Origin: Octopus bimaculoides
Lineage: Eukaryota
Reading direction: 5' to 3'
DNA length: 63,670 nt
Assembly: GCF_001194135.2 (NCBI RefSeq)
Contig: NC_068994.1
Location: 16,468,506 to 16,532,175 of the forward strand
Both the position numbers and the translations under genes were made by a program. Numbering within the stretch: position 1 is the stretch's first letter; each line of letters begins with the position of its first letter. Of the stretch, positions 35,985-47,202 are shown in pieces. The notes beneath the pieces are model-generated. The model was not told the DNA's origin. It did no database searches and saw nothing but the letters and a program-made list of their open reading frames with translations.

Positions 35985-37074
35985 GTGGTTGTTCAACTTA
36001 TTAAAATTCAACAGGTTATGGATGCAATGTTGGTGTACTGTCAATTTGCAATTCCATATCTCAAAGATGTAATAGTTAAAAGTGAATCTCATGATCAGCA
36101 TATTGAGCATGTGAAGTGTGTTTTTAAAAAAATAAGAGATTACGGTTTCACACTCAGTGAGGAGAAATGTGAATTCTTTTTACCTAAAATTAAATATTTA
36201 GGACAAATTATAGATAAGAATGGAAAATGACTTGACCCATCGTGGGCAGAGGCAATTAAAAATGTGTCTCCTCCAACTAACATAGTGACATCACAAGATT
36301 TTGTTGGCCTAGTAAACTATTATCAAAATTACATACCAAATATGTATGAATTGAGAGCGCCACTTAATAATTTGTGGAAGAAAGACTCCAAATGGAATTG
36401 GTCAAATAACTGTCAAGAGGTATTTCAGGATATTAAAAAAAAATATTAATTTCAGATTTGTCGCTGACTCATTTCAATCCTGCAGCAGAGATTGTTGTAG
36501 TTTCTGACATTTCTGAATACAGTGTAGGAGCAGTTTTGCTACACAAATTAAAGACGGTAATATGAAGGTGGTGGTTCATGCCTCATGTGTTCTGATTGCA
36601 GCAGAAAAAAACTACAGTCAGATAGAGAAAAAAGCTCTAGCAGTTATTTTTCCCATGAAGAAATTTCACAGATTTCTCAATGATAGAAGTTTTCTGCTTC
36701 AGATGGACCACCAACTGTAACTATCAATTCTTGGATCGAAGAAAGGAATTCCTACCCATACAGCTAACAGATTACAATGTCGGAGTACAATATTGCTAAA
36801 TTACAACTTTAAGATGGAATACATTCCTTCTAAGAAAATTGGCCATGCGGATTGTTTATCTAGGCTAATTCCAAAGAATGTGGAACCCCTGGAAGATACA
36901 GTGATAGCTGCATTACAATCAGAAAACAAAATTAAAAACATTATGTGTAATGTCATTCAGGAGTTGCCAGTGACTGTACAAGATATGAAAAATCAATCAG
37001 CAGAGGAGAAATACATCATAAAAATGAAAGAAACCATGAAAAATAAACAAAAGAGAAACATGAATGTTTCCTAA
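35985..37074 (+). mobile_element. Ty3/Gypsy LTR retrotransposon pol fragment (RT-RNase H), pseudogenised
   Basis: QQVMDAML..PYLKD (decayed YLDD)..KCEFF..IKYLGQII..GLVNYY..LRAPLNNL; RNase H with YSQIEKKALAV and MEYIPSKKIGHADCLSRL; frameshifts and stops. Confidence 0.9.
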
Positions 37075-38386
37075 TGCCAACCGCTTTACAGAGTGCTGGC
37101 TGATTTTTATGTGCCACCAGCAAGGGTGCTTTTACACAGCACTGGCACAAGTCCACATTTTATGTGACACCAGCACCTGTAAAGCACAATCCTGTATGTA
37201 TGGATGCCAGTAATTTTACTTAGCTTGATATGTCTTCTCAAGCACAGCAAATCGCCACAACTCCCCGTCTCCTGTCATTTCACCAACAGTACACCTGTTG
37301 CTCCCCACCTCCATTTCTTTTTTTTTTGTTTTTCTTTTAAACTTATTCACTATTCACTTCTATGTTCTGTTCATGCAGTTTTAGTTACTTTTTCTGATGA
37401 GTTGTAGTGCACCTCAGCACTCTTTTTTTTTTACTTGTTTCAGTCATTTAACTGTGGCCATGCTAGAGCACCACCTTTAGTCGAGCAAATCGACCCCAGG
37501 ACTTATTCTTTGTAAGCCTAGTACTTATTCTATCGGTCTTTTTTGCCGAACTGCTAAGCTATGGGGACGTAAACACACCAGCATCGGTTGTCAAGCGATG
37601 TTGGGGAGACAAACACAGACAAACATATATATATATATATACATATATATACGTTGGGCTTCTTTCAGTTTCCGTCTGCCAAATCCACTCACAAGGCTTT
37701 GGTCGGCCCGAGGCTATAGGAGAAGACACTTGCCCAAGGTGCCACGCAGTGGGACTGAACCTGGAACCATGTGGTTGGTAAGCAAGCTACTTACCACACA
37801 GCCACTCCACCGCCTATAAAAGCCTGAAATTTTTGAGGACGGGGCCAGTCGATTAGATCGACTCCAGTACGCAACTGGTACTTAATTTATCAACCCCGAA
37901 AGAATGAAAGGCAAAGTCGACCTGGGTGGAATTTGAACTCAGTGACAGATGAAATATCATTAAACGTTTCGCCCGGCATGCTAACGATTCTGCCAGCTCA
38001 TTATTATTATATAATTAATGTGGAAGTTGTCAAAAGTTGGAGGTTTATATCTTGTACTAATACTTCACAAATCCCACAAACACTGCAACAGTAGTCTATT
38101 GTTTTTTATTTTTTATATTTTTTTTTTACTAATTCCTATCCATATCGATTTTTTTAAAACTAGACACAATGGCAGTAGCATTATGGTCAATTAAATGAAC
38201 TCCACTGAATCTGACATTCATTTTATTGATCTAGGGATATAAACGTAGATCCTAGAGAATCGAAATTAAATACAGCAAGGTAATTAATATGACACTGTAC
38301 TATTTCTGCTAATTCGCTATCCTCGTTTCAGTTAGATGTAGATTTTAAATGGAAGTGTATTGATTTCTCCCTAAAATTAGATATCC

Positions 38387-38510
38387 TGTGGTGCAGGAGT
38401 GGGTGTGACGCAGGAGTGGCTGCGGCACAGGAGTGGCTGAGGCGCAGGAGTGGGTGTGGCACAGGAGTGGCTGTGGTGCAGGAGTGGCTGTGGTGCAGGA
38501 GTGGCTGTGT
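38387..38510 (+). repeat. 17-bp tandem repeat (x7) formed from the 5' head of a family-3 SINE
   Basis: CAGGAGT recurs every 17 bp from 38394 to 38502 and runs directly into the SINE body. Confidence 0.9.
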
Positions 38511-40109
38511 GCTAAGTAGCTTGCTTACCAACCACATGGTTCCGCGGTCAGTCCCATTGCATGGCACCTTGGGCAAGTGTCTACTACTATAGCCTCAGAC
38601 TGACCAAAGCCCTGTGAGTATATTTGGTAGATGGAAACTGAAAGAAGCCCGTCGTATGTATATGTGTGTGTGTGTGAGTGTGTATGTGTGTGAGTGTGTA
38701 TTCCCCCCACCCCACCCCGAACATCACTTAACAACTGATGTGGATGTGCTTACATCCTCGTAACTGAGTGCTTCAGCAAAAGAGACCAATACAATAAGTA
38801 CTGGGCTTACAAAGAATAAGTCCTAGGGTTGATTTGCTCGACTAAAGGTGGTGCTCCAGCATGGCTGCAGTCAAATGACTGAAACAAGTAAAAGAATAAA
38901 AGAATCAAACTACAATAAAGAAGTGAGCAAAATAACATATGGTATCATAGGTGATGAACTCATTTTATTCATTTGTTTATTTTTACATCCATTTGTCCAT
39001 GTTAGCATGGGTTAGATGAATATATATTGAGGCATCATTTTCTTACAGCATGGTGCTCTTCCTGTCACTTACCCTTACCAAATAAGGGATTTTTTAATCT
39101 TTTTTCCATTAGAAATCAAATTAGTAAAATACGTTTGATTTCTAATTGTGACTATTTCACTTACTCCTGATAAAAGTATGAATATCTCATCATCCAAATT
39201 CAACAGGTCACCAAAAGAGACTGATAGACTAAGTACTGGAATCAATTCGTTTTACTAAAAAAAGAAAAATACCTTCACGGAAGTGCTCCAGCATGGCCGT
39301 AGTCTGATAATACGAGTAGAAGATAAGAGACTAATGATAAAAGCTCAATTATCTTGCTCCCTGCAGTCAATAAGGCTGATTACGAACCAGTGGATATTTT
39401 TGATCATGAAAGATCAAACAAACTGATTCTATGATATTAATGCATGGGGAAAAACATAATAAACATTTGTTCTTGTTTTTATTTCCATATTTAAACTCAA
39501 TCACAGATTTTTTTGATTTTTTCTCTCTCTTTCTAAAATTTTACAATGGTCAGAGTGAAGTGAACAAGAAAACTACAACAAACTAAATGTTTAATTTGTT
39601 TTCCTTCTCCATTAAATATGATTGCTAAATCCTGATTTGAAAGCAAATGTTCTAGATTACTGAAAGGACAAAAGCAAAAACAAACACAGAAAGAAAAACC
39701 CCAGTTGACATATCCATTGATTTTTTTTTTATGTCTCTTTGTGATTTTATTTCTATCATTTAATAAACTAGTGGGTTTACAGTAATCTCTCAGTGTAACT
39801 ATGTAACAGAGTATATTTTCTTTATTAGATTATTGTATTGATTTATGGCTCAATATGTTTGTGGGCTTATTTTTAAGTGGCTGTTTGTGATAGAAACAAA
39901 GGGATATGACAAATATTCATGTACATGGCTTAGTAATGTTCTTTGTGTTTTCATAGATTTCTCAATTATTCGTTGTTCCTGCTATGAGCAAATAAAGAGT
40001 TAAAATTGTCAATACAAAATATTAAACATTTAAAAGAGAAACAAAACCTCTGACAGGATTTGAACCACATATTCATTCCTTGCCAGAGAAAAACTTCATT
40101 AACAGATAA

Positions 40110-40480
40110 GGCACTCCGTCGCTTATGATGTTGAGGGTTCCAGTTGATCCGATCAACGGAACAGCCTGCTCGTGAAATTAACGTGCAAGTGGCTGAGCAC
40201 TCCACAGACACGTGTACCCTTAACGTAGTTCTCAGGGATATTCAGCGTGACACAGTGTGACAAGGCTGACCCTTTGAATTACAGGCACAACAGAAACAGG
40301 AAGTAAGAGTGAGAGAAAGTTGTGGTGAAAGAGTACAGCAGGGTTCACCACCATCCCCTGCCGGAGCCTCATTGAGCTTTAGGTGTTTTCGCTCAATAAA
40401 CACTCACAACGCCCGGTCTGGGAATCACAACCGCGATCGTATGACCGCGAGTCCGCTGCCACTGGGCCATTGTGCCTCCA
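40110..40480 (-). mobile_element. tRNA-derived SINE, family 1
   Basis: Near-identical to 1204-1586 and 13559-13938. Confidence 0.85.
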
Positions 40481-40794
40481 CCATTAAAAGATACACTACA
40501 CAATACCAGCAAATCACTCTATCTGGAATTATGTACTAAAATCTAATTTTTCTGCTACTTTATTTAACTTTTATTTCAGTTTTACAATTCTATTTTTAAT
40601 TTTATTACCACTTTTTCCAACATACAAGTAAACATAGTATAACAATTAAACTTATAGTGTAAACATTCAAGCATTGTCGTTATATTTACAAATCCTGCTG
40701 CATTACACATGGAATTTTTGGTCTTCCAAAGTCATGGCAGTATATAATTTGACCTACCATTTTTGGCTGTAAATTTTGGTCTGAAAATTTTCAT

Positions 40795-42240
40795 TTGTAT
40801 GCTAGGAAATATGGCATTCTTATTGAATTCATAGAAAAGGAGGTTGAGAAGGAGGTTATGGAAGAGGTGGAAGAGATAGAAGCAAGCGTACTAGAGAACC
40901 TTTTTGGACAGCAAAGAGAAGAAACAGTGACACTAACCGGAATGGAGGAGGTGGCGCCAAGAGTGGAACATGGTAAACAAGCAAGAAGACAAAGAAAACA
41001 TAGCTGGAATTTCATGACATATGCTAAAAGCATATATACCGAAAGTGTGATAACCAAGCTTAAATCCGTTATAAGGGTTAAGTTGCCCAAGGAAATGTAC
41101 GGTGAAACCGTAAAAGCTTTTCTAATTGATAAAGAAAAATATAACAAGTTGGAGGAAAAGTGTCAAATTGAGAAGCCAGGATTTGTGGTGGAATTCAATG
41201 AACTGCTGCCAGTAATAGAATTAAGTGAATTAGATCCTTACATAAGATATTAAAAATAAAGAGAATAAAATGGTTTTAAAAATAAGAAGAAAAACAAGCA
41301 AACAAAATGATGCTAATAGTAAAAAAAAATAAGGAAAAAAGAAAAAGATTACAAACTGAAAATAAGAACGTTCAAATGGTACTGCATGTGGTACCTCAAT
41401 TACTTTATCAACCCATTTCTCACCAAAGAGTATACCCATGCCCCCAACCCCATCAGTTCCCTACCCAGAAGATCTGTGAGGAACCTAGCAGAACCGCCTC
41501 TCCACCTTACCTCTTGGATGCATCACAAATGTACACACCTCCGTTCAAGCATCTCAACAATTTCACCAGACCTACCTTTCAATGTGCCAACTCTGAGGGT
41601 GTGGGCCGGCAAGACCAGCGATGGGAGACACCATTTTGCCTCTGAAAAGAAAGCTCGCATGTGCATTTGGTAGACATCATAAACATACAGACAGGCCTCA
41701 ACCTGCATACATTTCACCGTCATTTTATTTTATTTGCTTCACAATCACTACGTTTACCAAGATAAAGACACTAGATAGGGATGGAGGGCAGGAAAAGGGG
41801 AGAGAGCCTTCCGTATAGGCAACTATTAGAGGTGCTAGGAGAAAGGCTTCTGGTAGAGGTTAGAAGAGAAAGACTTCTGGTACAGGTGGCAGGGGTAGGT
41901 TGAGAGGGCACACCACAAATGATGAGAGACTATAGATGCCCTATTCTCTAGCTAAAGGCGATGTGACATATCCACAGACAAAACAAAAACTGTTAATTAA
42001 CAACCAGCATGGGAAAGCAAGGACACAGACATAGTTTGGACAACTGAAAATATCATGGGTAACAAAACTGACAGGGAGAGAGATGAAATTTTTGAGAATT
42101 AGGGCTACAGTAGAGGAAACAATAGAACATTTGATTAAGATAGTGGGTAACAAAACAAATGAAGAGATGGAATTTTTGAGATTTAGAGCAACAGTAAACA
42201 GAATTGAAAAATTGGGTTTCTTAACTTCACTATGACATAC
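40795..42240 (+). mobile_element. Probable decayed L1/Tx1-like LINE (ORF1-like 152-aa ORF plus scattered ORF2 C-terminal remnants)
   Basis: Purine-rich block without splice signals. ORF 40795-41253 (acidic N-part, AKSIYTESVITKLK); downstream remnants IVWTT and EETIEHL. Family assignment is from recalled motifs only. Confidence 0.4.
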
Positions 42241-43096
42241 AGCATAGAATAATAATAATAATTGTGATGATAAAGTGAGAGAGAATCGAACATTGGATTT
42301 TTTTACTATAATAATAATTATGATGATAAAGCATGTAAAAAACAAAATGTGTTATTTACTTACGTTAAAAAATAACATTTATTGCCACATTAGTATCATA
42401 CATATTACATATGCATTTTTGCTAATGCTTCTTTCATTTTTCTTTCACAACATATAATGGTATTTGTATTCAGTTGTGAAAACTACTTGTTAATAAAATA
42501 AATAGCAATTAAATATTTTCAGTAATTTCTTCAACTTTTTTTCAGCCAAGATCTGACTTCTTTTTCTTCTTCTTCATTGTCATCATCATGATTTCAGGAA
42601 TCAAATTTGTGAGTCTTTTTCAAATTTGATTCCCAAAATGGTGATGGTGATGATCCTAGCTGAATCAATTCCCTCAATTATGCAGCAAATGCCTTTGAGA
42701 AAGATATGAACATCTAGCCATCTCCTTTGCCAATAAATCTATAGTCTATAGAAAAACTTTAAAAAAAAAATGACAGCTATCTTCAGGAGGACAACAGCAT
42801 AGCAAAAATGGGCAAGTTTTACTTTATTTACATTCATCTTTGTAATATCAATAGTCAAATTCCACTGAGTTTTTCCATAATAAGTAGCAGTTATATATTG
42901 TGGTGGACGCCCCCAGGTGAGAAGTGGGCTGGTCCACTACTAATAAATAGTGGACAGACTCAGTAAGTAGTGTCAGTCAGTGAGGTATTTTTTTGTTTTT
43001 TTGTTGTTGTGGCAGATTGATTAAATTATCTGATCTTCTTTCCTTTATGGCCTGGTCCTATAACAATATACAAAATCAGTAAAGACCCTTTAAATT

Positions 43097-43683
43097 TTAG
43101 AACTTAGTAGAAATTTCCAGCTCCTCTCCTTCTGTGTTATCATCTTTTCCATGGTCAATTGTTTTAATCGAATGCAAAGAAGAAGGCCTGCGAATATTAG
43201 TGAAATCATTAGCATCATTGTGTTGTGGGTTCTCTTCAAAAGGAAGCATACTGCATTTCCTTTTGTTTTTTACTTTTGAACAACGACATTTCAGAGTAAA
43301 TATATCAAGTGCAACCACAAGTGCAAATATAGATATCATAATAATTATACCCAATGTTCCAATTGAGATGGACGAAACTCTGTTGTCTTCTATGCTGATT
43401 TTCTTCAAGGTTTTTGCCTTATCTTTAAGTCGCTGGTTCATACTTTGCATATCGGCCAACAGCTCATCTATTGAAGTGTTTTTATCATCCAAAGAACTTG
43501 ACGAGGAAGTAGGCCAGAAAACACTGCTGCTTGAGAGAACAAGAGTTACGCTCATGTTGTCAAAGCATATTTCTGTGCAGTAAAGTAATTTACTTGTTTC
43601 TAACGAAAGCAATGTGAAACTTGTTGAAAGTTGAACTGGTTCAGAAGTCGAAGGCCATAAAGTGAAAGGAAACAATGAAGATT
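43097..43683 (-). CDS. Terminal exon of a single-pass membrane protein (Ser/Thr-rich stalk, TM, cytoplasmic tail)
   Basis: Poly-T and CAG acceptor at 43686-43684; phase 1; open to TAA at 43099-43097. TM segment SISIGTLGIIIMISIFALVVALD preceded by a DNRVSS motif typical of molluscan surface proteins. Confidence 0.8.
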
Positions 43684-45438
43684 CTGAAAAAAAAAAAATG
43701 TAAATGAATATATATTCAAATATACATATGAATGTATACATAGGCACAGGAGTGGCTGTGTGGTAAGTAGCTTGCTTACCAACCGCATGGTTCCAGGTTC
43801 ATTCCCACTGCATGGCACCTTGGGCAAGTGTCTTCTACTATAGCCTCGGGCCGACCAAAGCCTTGTGAGTAGATTTGGTAGATGGAAACTGAACTGAAAG
43901 AAGCCCATCATATATATGTATATATATATATATATATATATNNNNNNNNNNNNNNNNNNNNNNNNNNNNNNNNNNNNNNNNNNNNNNNNNNNNNNNNNNN
44001 NNNNNNNNNNNNATATATACATATATATATATGTGTGTGTGTGTGTGTGTATATGTTTGTGTGTCTGTGTTTGTCCCCCCAACATTGCCTGACAACTGAT
44101 ATTGGTGTGTTTACGTCCCCGTAACTTAGCGGTTCAGCAAAAGAGACTGATAGAATAAGTACTAGGCTTCCAAAGAATAAGTCCTGGGGTCGATTTGCTC
44201 GACTAAAGGCGGTGCTCCAGCATGGCCACAGTCAAATGACTGAAACAAGTAAAAGAGTACCAAAGAGAAAGAGTAAAGAGTATACATATATATACAATCA
44301 TACATACAGATATGTTGGGTGCTGGAAAGTTCCTGGCTTTAAAGGTATTGCAAAAGGCCTGATTGGAGACCCAACCTTCCAACTTCTTTTACTGGGCTTA
44401 GAAAGCTGAAGGACTGCTGCAATAAGTGTGTGAATCTGAGAGGGGAATAGGTTGAATAAAATCATAATTAATTTATCCTCCTATNNNNNNNNNNNNNNNN
44501 NNNNNNNNNNNNNNNNNNNNNNNNNNNNNNNNNNNNNNNNNNNNNNNNNNNNNNNNNNNNNNNNNNNNNNNNNNNNNNNNNNNNNNNNNNNNNNNNNNNN
44601 NNNNNNNNNNNNNNNNNNNNNNNNNNNNNNNNNNNNNNNNNNNNNNNNNNNNNNNNNNNNNNNNNNNNNNNNNNNNNNNNNNNNNNNNNNNNNNNNNNNN
44701 NNNNNNNNNNNNNNNNNNNNNNNNNNNNNNNNNNNNNNNNNNNNNNNNNNNNNNNNNNNNNNNNNNNNNNNNNNNNNNNNNNNNNNNNNNNNNNNNNNNN
44801 NNNNNNNNNNNNNNNNNNNNNNNNNNNNNNNNNNNNNNNNNNNNNNNNNNNNNNNNNNNNNNNNNNNNNNNNNNNNNNNNNNNNNNNNNNNNNNNNNNNN
44901 NNNNNNNNNNNNNNNNNNNNNNNNNNNNNNNNNNNNNNNNNNNNNNNNNNNNNNNNNNNNNNNNNNNNNNNNNNNNNNNNNNNNNNNNNNNNNNNNNNNN
45001 NNNNNNNNNNNNNNNNNNNNNNNNNNNNNNNNNNNNNNNNNNNNNNNNNNNNNNNNNNNNNNNNNNNNNNNNNNNNNNNNNNNNNNNNNNNNNNNNNNNN
45101 NNNNNNNNNNNNNNNNNNNNNNNNNNNNNNNNNNNNNNNNNNNNNNNNNNNNNNNNNNNNNNNNNNNNNNNNNNNNNNNNNNNNNNNNNNNNNNNNNNNN
45201 NNNNNNNNNNNNNNNNNNNNNNNNNNNNNNNNNNNNNNNNNNNNNNNNNNNNNNNNNNNNNNNNNNNNNNNNNNNNNNNNNNNNNNNNNNNNNNNNNNNN
45301 NNNNNNNNNNNNTATATATATACATATAGATATAGATAGATAGATAGATAGACAATGAATAATTACAATTTAATTTAATTAGGTACTTAATTATAGGCAC
45401 CAAAGCTGTCCAGTATTTTCCACATAACTCAGGTGAAT

Positions 45439-45726
45439 AAAAAGCAAATAAGTAACAAGGATGTCCAGGTATCAATGCATTACAGCCATTTCAAGCGGCT
45501 CCATTTAATTGGTTAATGCAAACACTACATCAATTTGAAATAAACCACTCTCCTCGGATGTGTACAACCATACAGATTTCCAATGTATCCTATATGGTCA
45601 TATGCTTCCAAGAAGAGCAGTTTATTTCAAATTGATGTAATGTTTGCATTAATCGATTAAATGGAGCCGCTTGAAATGGTCGTAATGCACTAGTACCTAG
45701 GCACCCTTGTTACTTATTTGCTTTTT
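45439..45726. repeat. Imperfect inverted repeat, about 110-bp arms and 62-bp spacer
   Basis: aaagcaaataagtaacaagg...gaaataaac versus gtttatttc...ccttgttacttatttgcttt. Confidence 0.85.
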
Positions 45727-45770
45727 AGATAGAAAGATAGACAGACAGACAGATAGATAGATTATCTAAA

Positions 45771-45842
45771 GGCCCTGTGGCGCAATAGTAGTGTGTCTGA
45801 CTCTAGATCAGAAGGCTGCGAGTTTGAATCACATCAGGGTCA
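45771..45842 (+). tRNA. tRNA-Trp-derived gene or pseudogene with anticodon CTA
   Basis: 72-nt cloverleaf: acceptor GGCCCTG/CAGGGTC, anticodon arm TCTGA-CTCTAGA-TCAGA, T6 terminator at 45848-45853. T-stem mismatches, a T-loop C>T change and loss of one D-loop G suggest decay. Confidence 0.75.
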
Positions 45843-45889
45843 AATAATTTTTTATCTGAAAACATATATATATATATATATCATATATA

Positions 45890-46049
45890 TATAAACATAA
45901 TTAAGGGATCAGCAACAGTTGCTTCACCACATACTGAAGTTCAGAAATAGCAGCTAAATTGCTAAAATTTCAACAGATAGCAATACTTGTAACTCACAAA
46001 GGCAAAACAAGAAGAAGCAACTGTTGCTGATCCCTTAATTATGTTTATA
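45890..46049. repeat. Perfect 36-bp inverted repeat with 88-bp spacer
   Basis: 45890-45925 is the reverse complement of 46014-46049. Confidence 0.95.
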
Positions 46050-46610
46050 AATGTATAAGAACTTTTAAATAAGTTCTTCACCGATAATGGTATTTACATA
46101 CCGAAGGGCTTGGTAAAAATTATTAGTTATTAATCTATTAATAAATTAATAATCCTTTACCCTTTTATTTGTAATATATATATATATGTATATATATACC
46201 AAACAGGAGATAGGGAAAAAAACATGTGATGGTGTAATACTTGACTGAGTCCGTTTTTTGGGATAGGTCTAGTCTTACATGGGATACAGTTCTGTATCCA
46301 GTTGTGTTGTGTGATAGACCATCCAATGAGGCAGATTCAAATGCCTGTTTGAGCTTCATTTTGTTTTTAAATAGCATGAAGTTTTTTTCATTTTCACCAG
46401 TGAGGTGAGAATTTTCAGAGAGAGAGAGGAGAGTTTCTTTCAAGGAAGCTATGTCATGTCAGTTTCTTCCTATTTTTGAAGCACATGTAATCAAATTCCA
46501 ACTGAACTGAGAAGCCAACTACGTATGACTCCTACAGACAGTTATCCTCATAATGTATCCACTTGGTTCACTGTATTATTTTATTTAGTGGACGAATAAA
46601 GTGTCACAAT

Positions 46611-46949
46611 GTGGAGGCGCAATGGCCCAGTGGTTAGGGCAGTGGACTCGCGGTCATAGGATCGCGGTTTCGATTCCCAGACCGGGCAGGGGATGGTGGT
46701 GAACCCTGCTGTACTCTTTCACCACAACTTTCTCTCACTCTTACTTCCTGTTTCTGTTGTGCCTGTAATTCAAAGGGTCAGCCTTGTCACACTGTGTCAC
46801 GCTGAATATCCCCGAGAACTACGTTAAGGGCACACGTGTCTGTGGAGTGCTCAGCCACTTGCACGTTAATTTCACAAGCAGGCTGTTCCGTTGATTGGAT
46901 CAACTGGAACCCTCGATGTCGTAAGCGATGGAGTGCCAACAACAGCAAC
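46611..46949 (+). mobile_element. tRNA-derived SINE, family 1, with internal deletion
   Basis: TSD AAAGTGTCACA at 46598-46608 and 46950-46960; lacks the ccgggc...ccggc segment present in other copies. Confidence 0.85.
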
Positions 46950-47139
46950 AAAGTGTCACAGTTCATGAAAGCTCATTTGTATTTCTTTCCACCGTTTTAT
47001 ACACCACTCCTGGGAAACAAGAATTTGTTATGCGAGGGCCAGAGACACGCTTCATACCAGCTAAAATGTATTCTGACATGGTCACAATATCTATAAAAGA
47101 GAATACACAATTTAGTTTGTGTTATGTTATCAAACTTAC

Positions 47140-47202
47140 CTATAACGGGATGATAGCTTTCTGATAGGAAGTCTGATGATGGTACAGCAACTTCATCTGT
47201 CA
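47140..47202 (-). CDS. 63-nt linker exon of the CTLD-PAN membrane protein
   Basis: ttgtctttgtag acceptor, G|GTAAGT donor, phase 1-1, open frame TDEVAVPSSDFLSESYHPVI. Confidence 0.65.

Noticed and set aside
38387-38510. Regularly spaced short repeats resembling a CRISPR array
   Set aside because: Units are contiguous with no unique spacers, derive from a SINE head, and the DNA is eukaryotic.
39530-39662. Strong minus-strand acceptor followed by a 41-codon open frame (NLEHLLSNQDLAIIF...)
   Set aside because: No recognisable protein motif, no convincing donor, and no compatible upstream exon identified.
43134-43583. 149-aa plus-strand ORF
   Set aside because: Antisense shadow of the minus-strand terminal exon, with no independent coding signal.
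46071-46125. Hammerhead-like string CCGAUAA-U-GGUAU/AUACC-GAAG-GGCUUG-GUA (also reversed at 21615-21650 with GAAA)
   Set aside because: The core differs at U4 and G8 in both copies, and neither stem I nor stem III pairs, so it is not callable as a hammerhead.
46611-46690. tRNA-like heads of SINE families 1, 3 and 4
   Set aside because: They have A/B boxes but no complete cloverleaf or terminator and continue into SINE bodies, so they are not tRNA genes.
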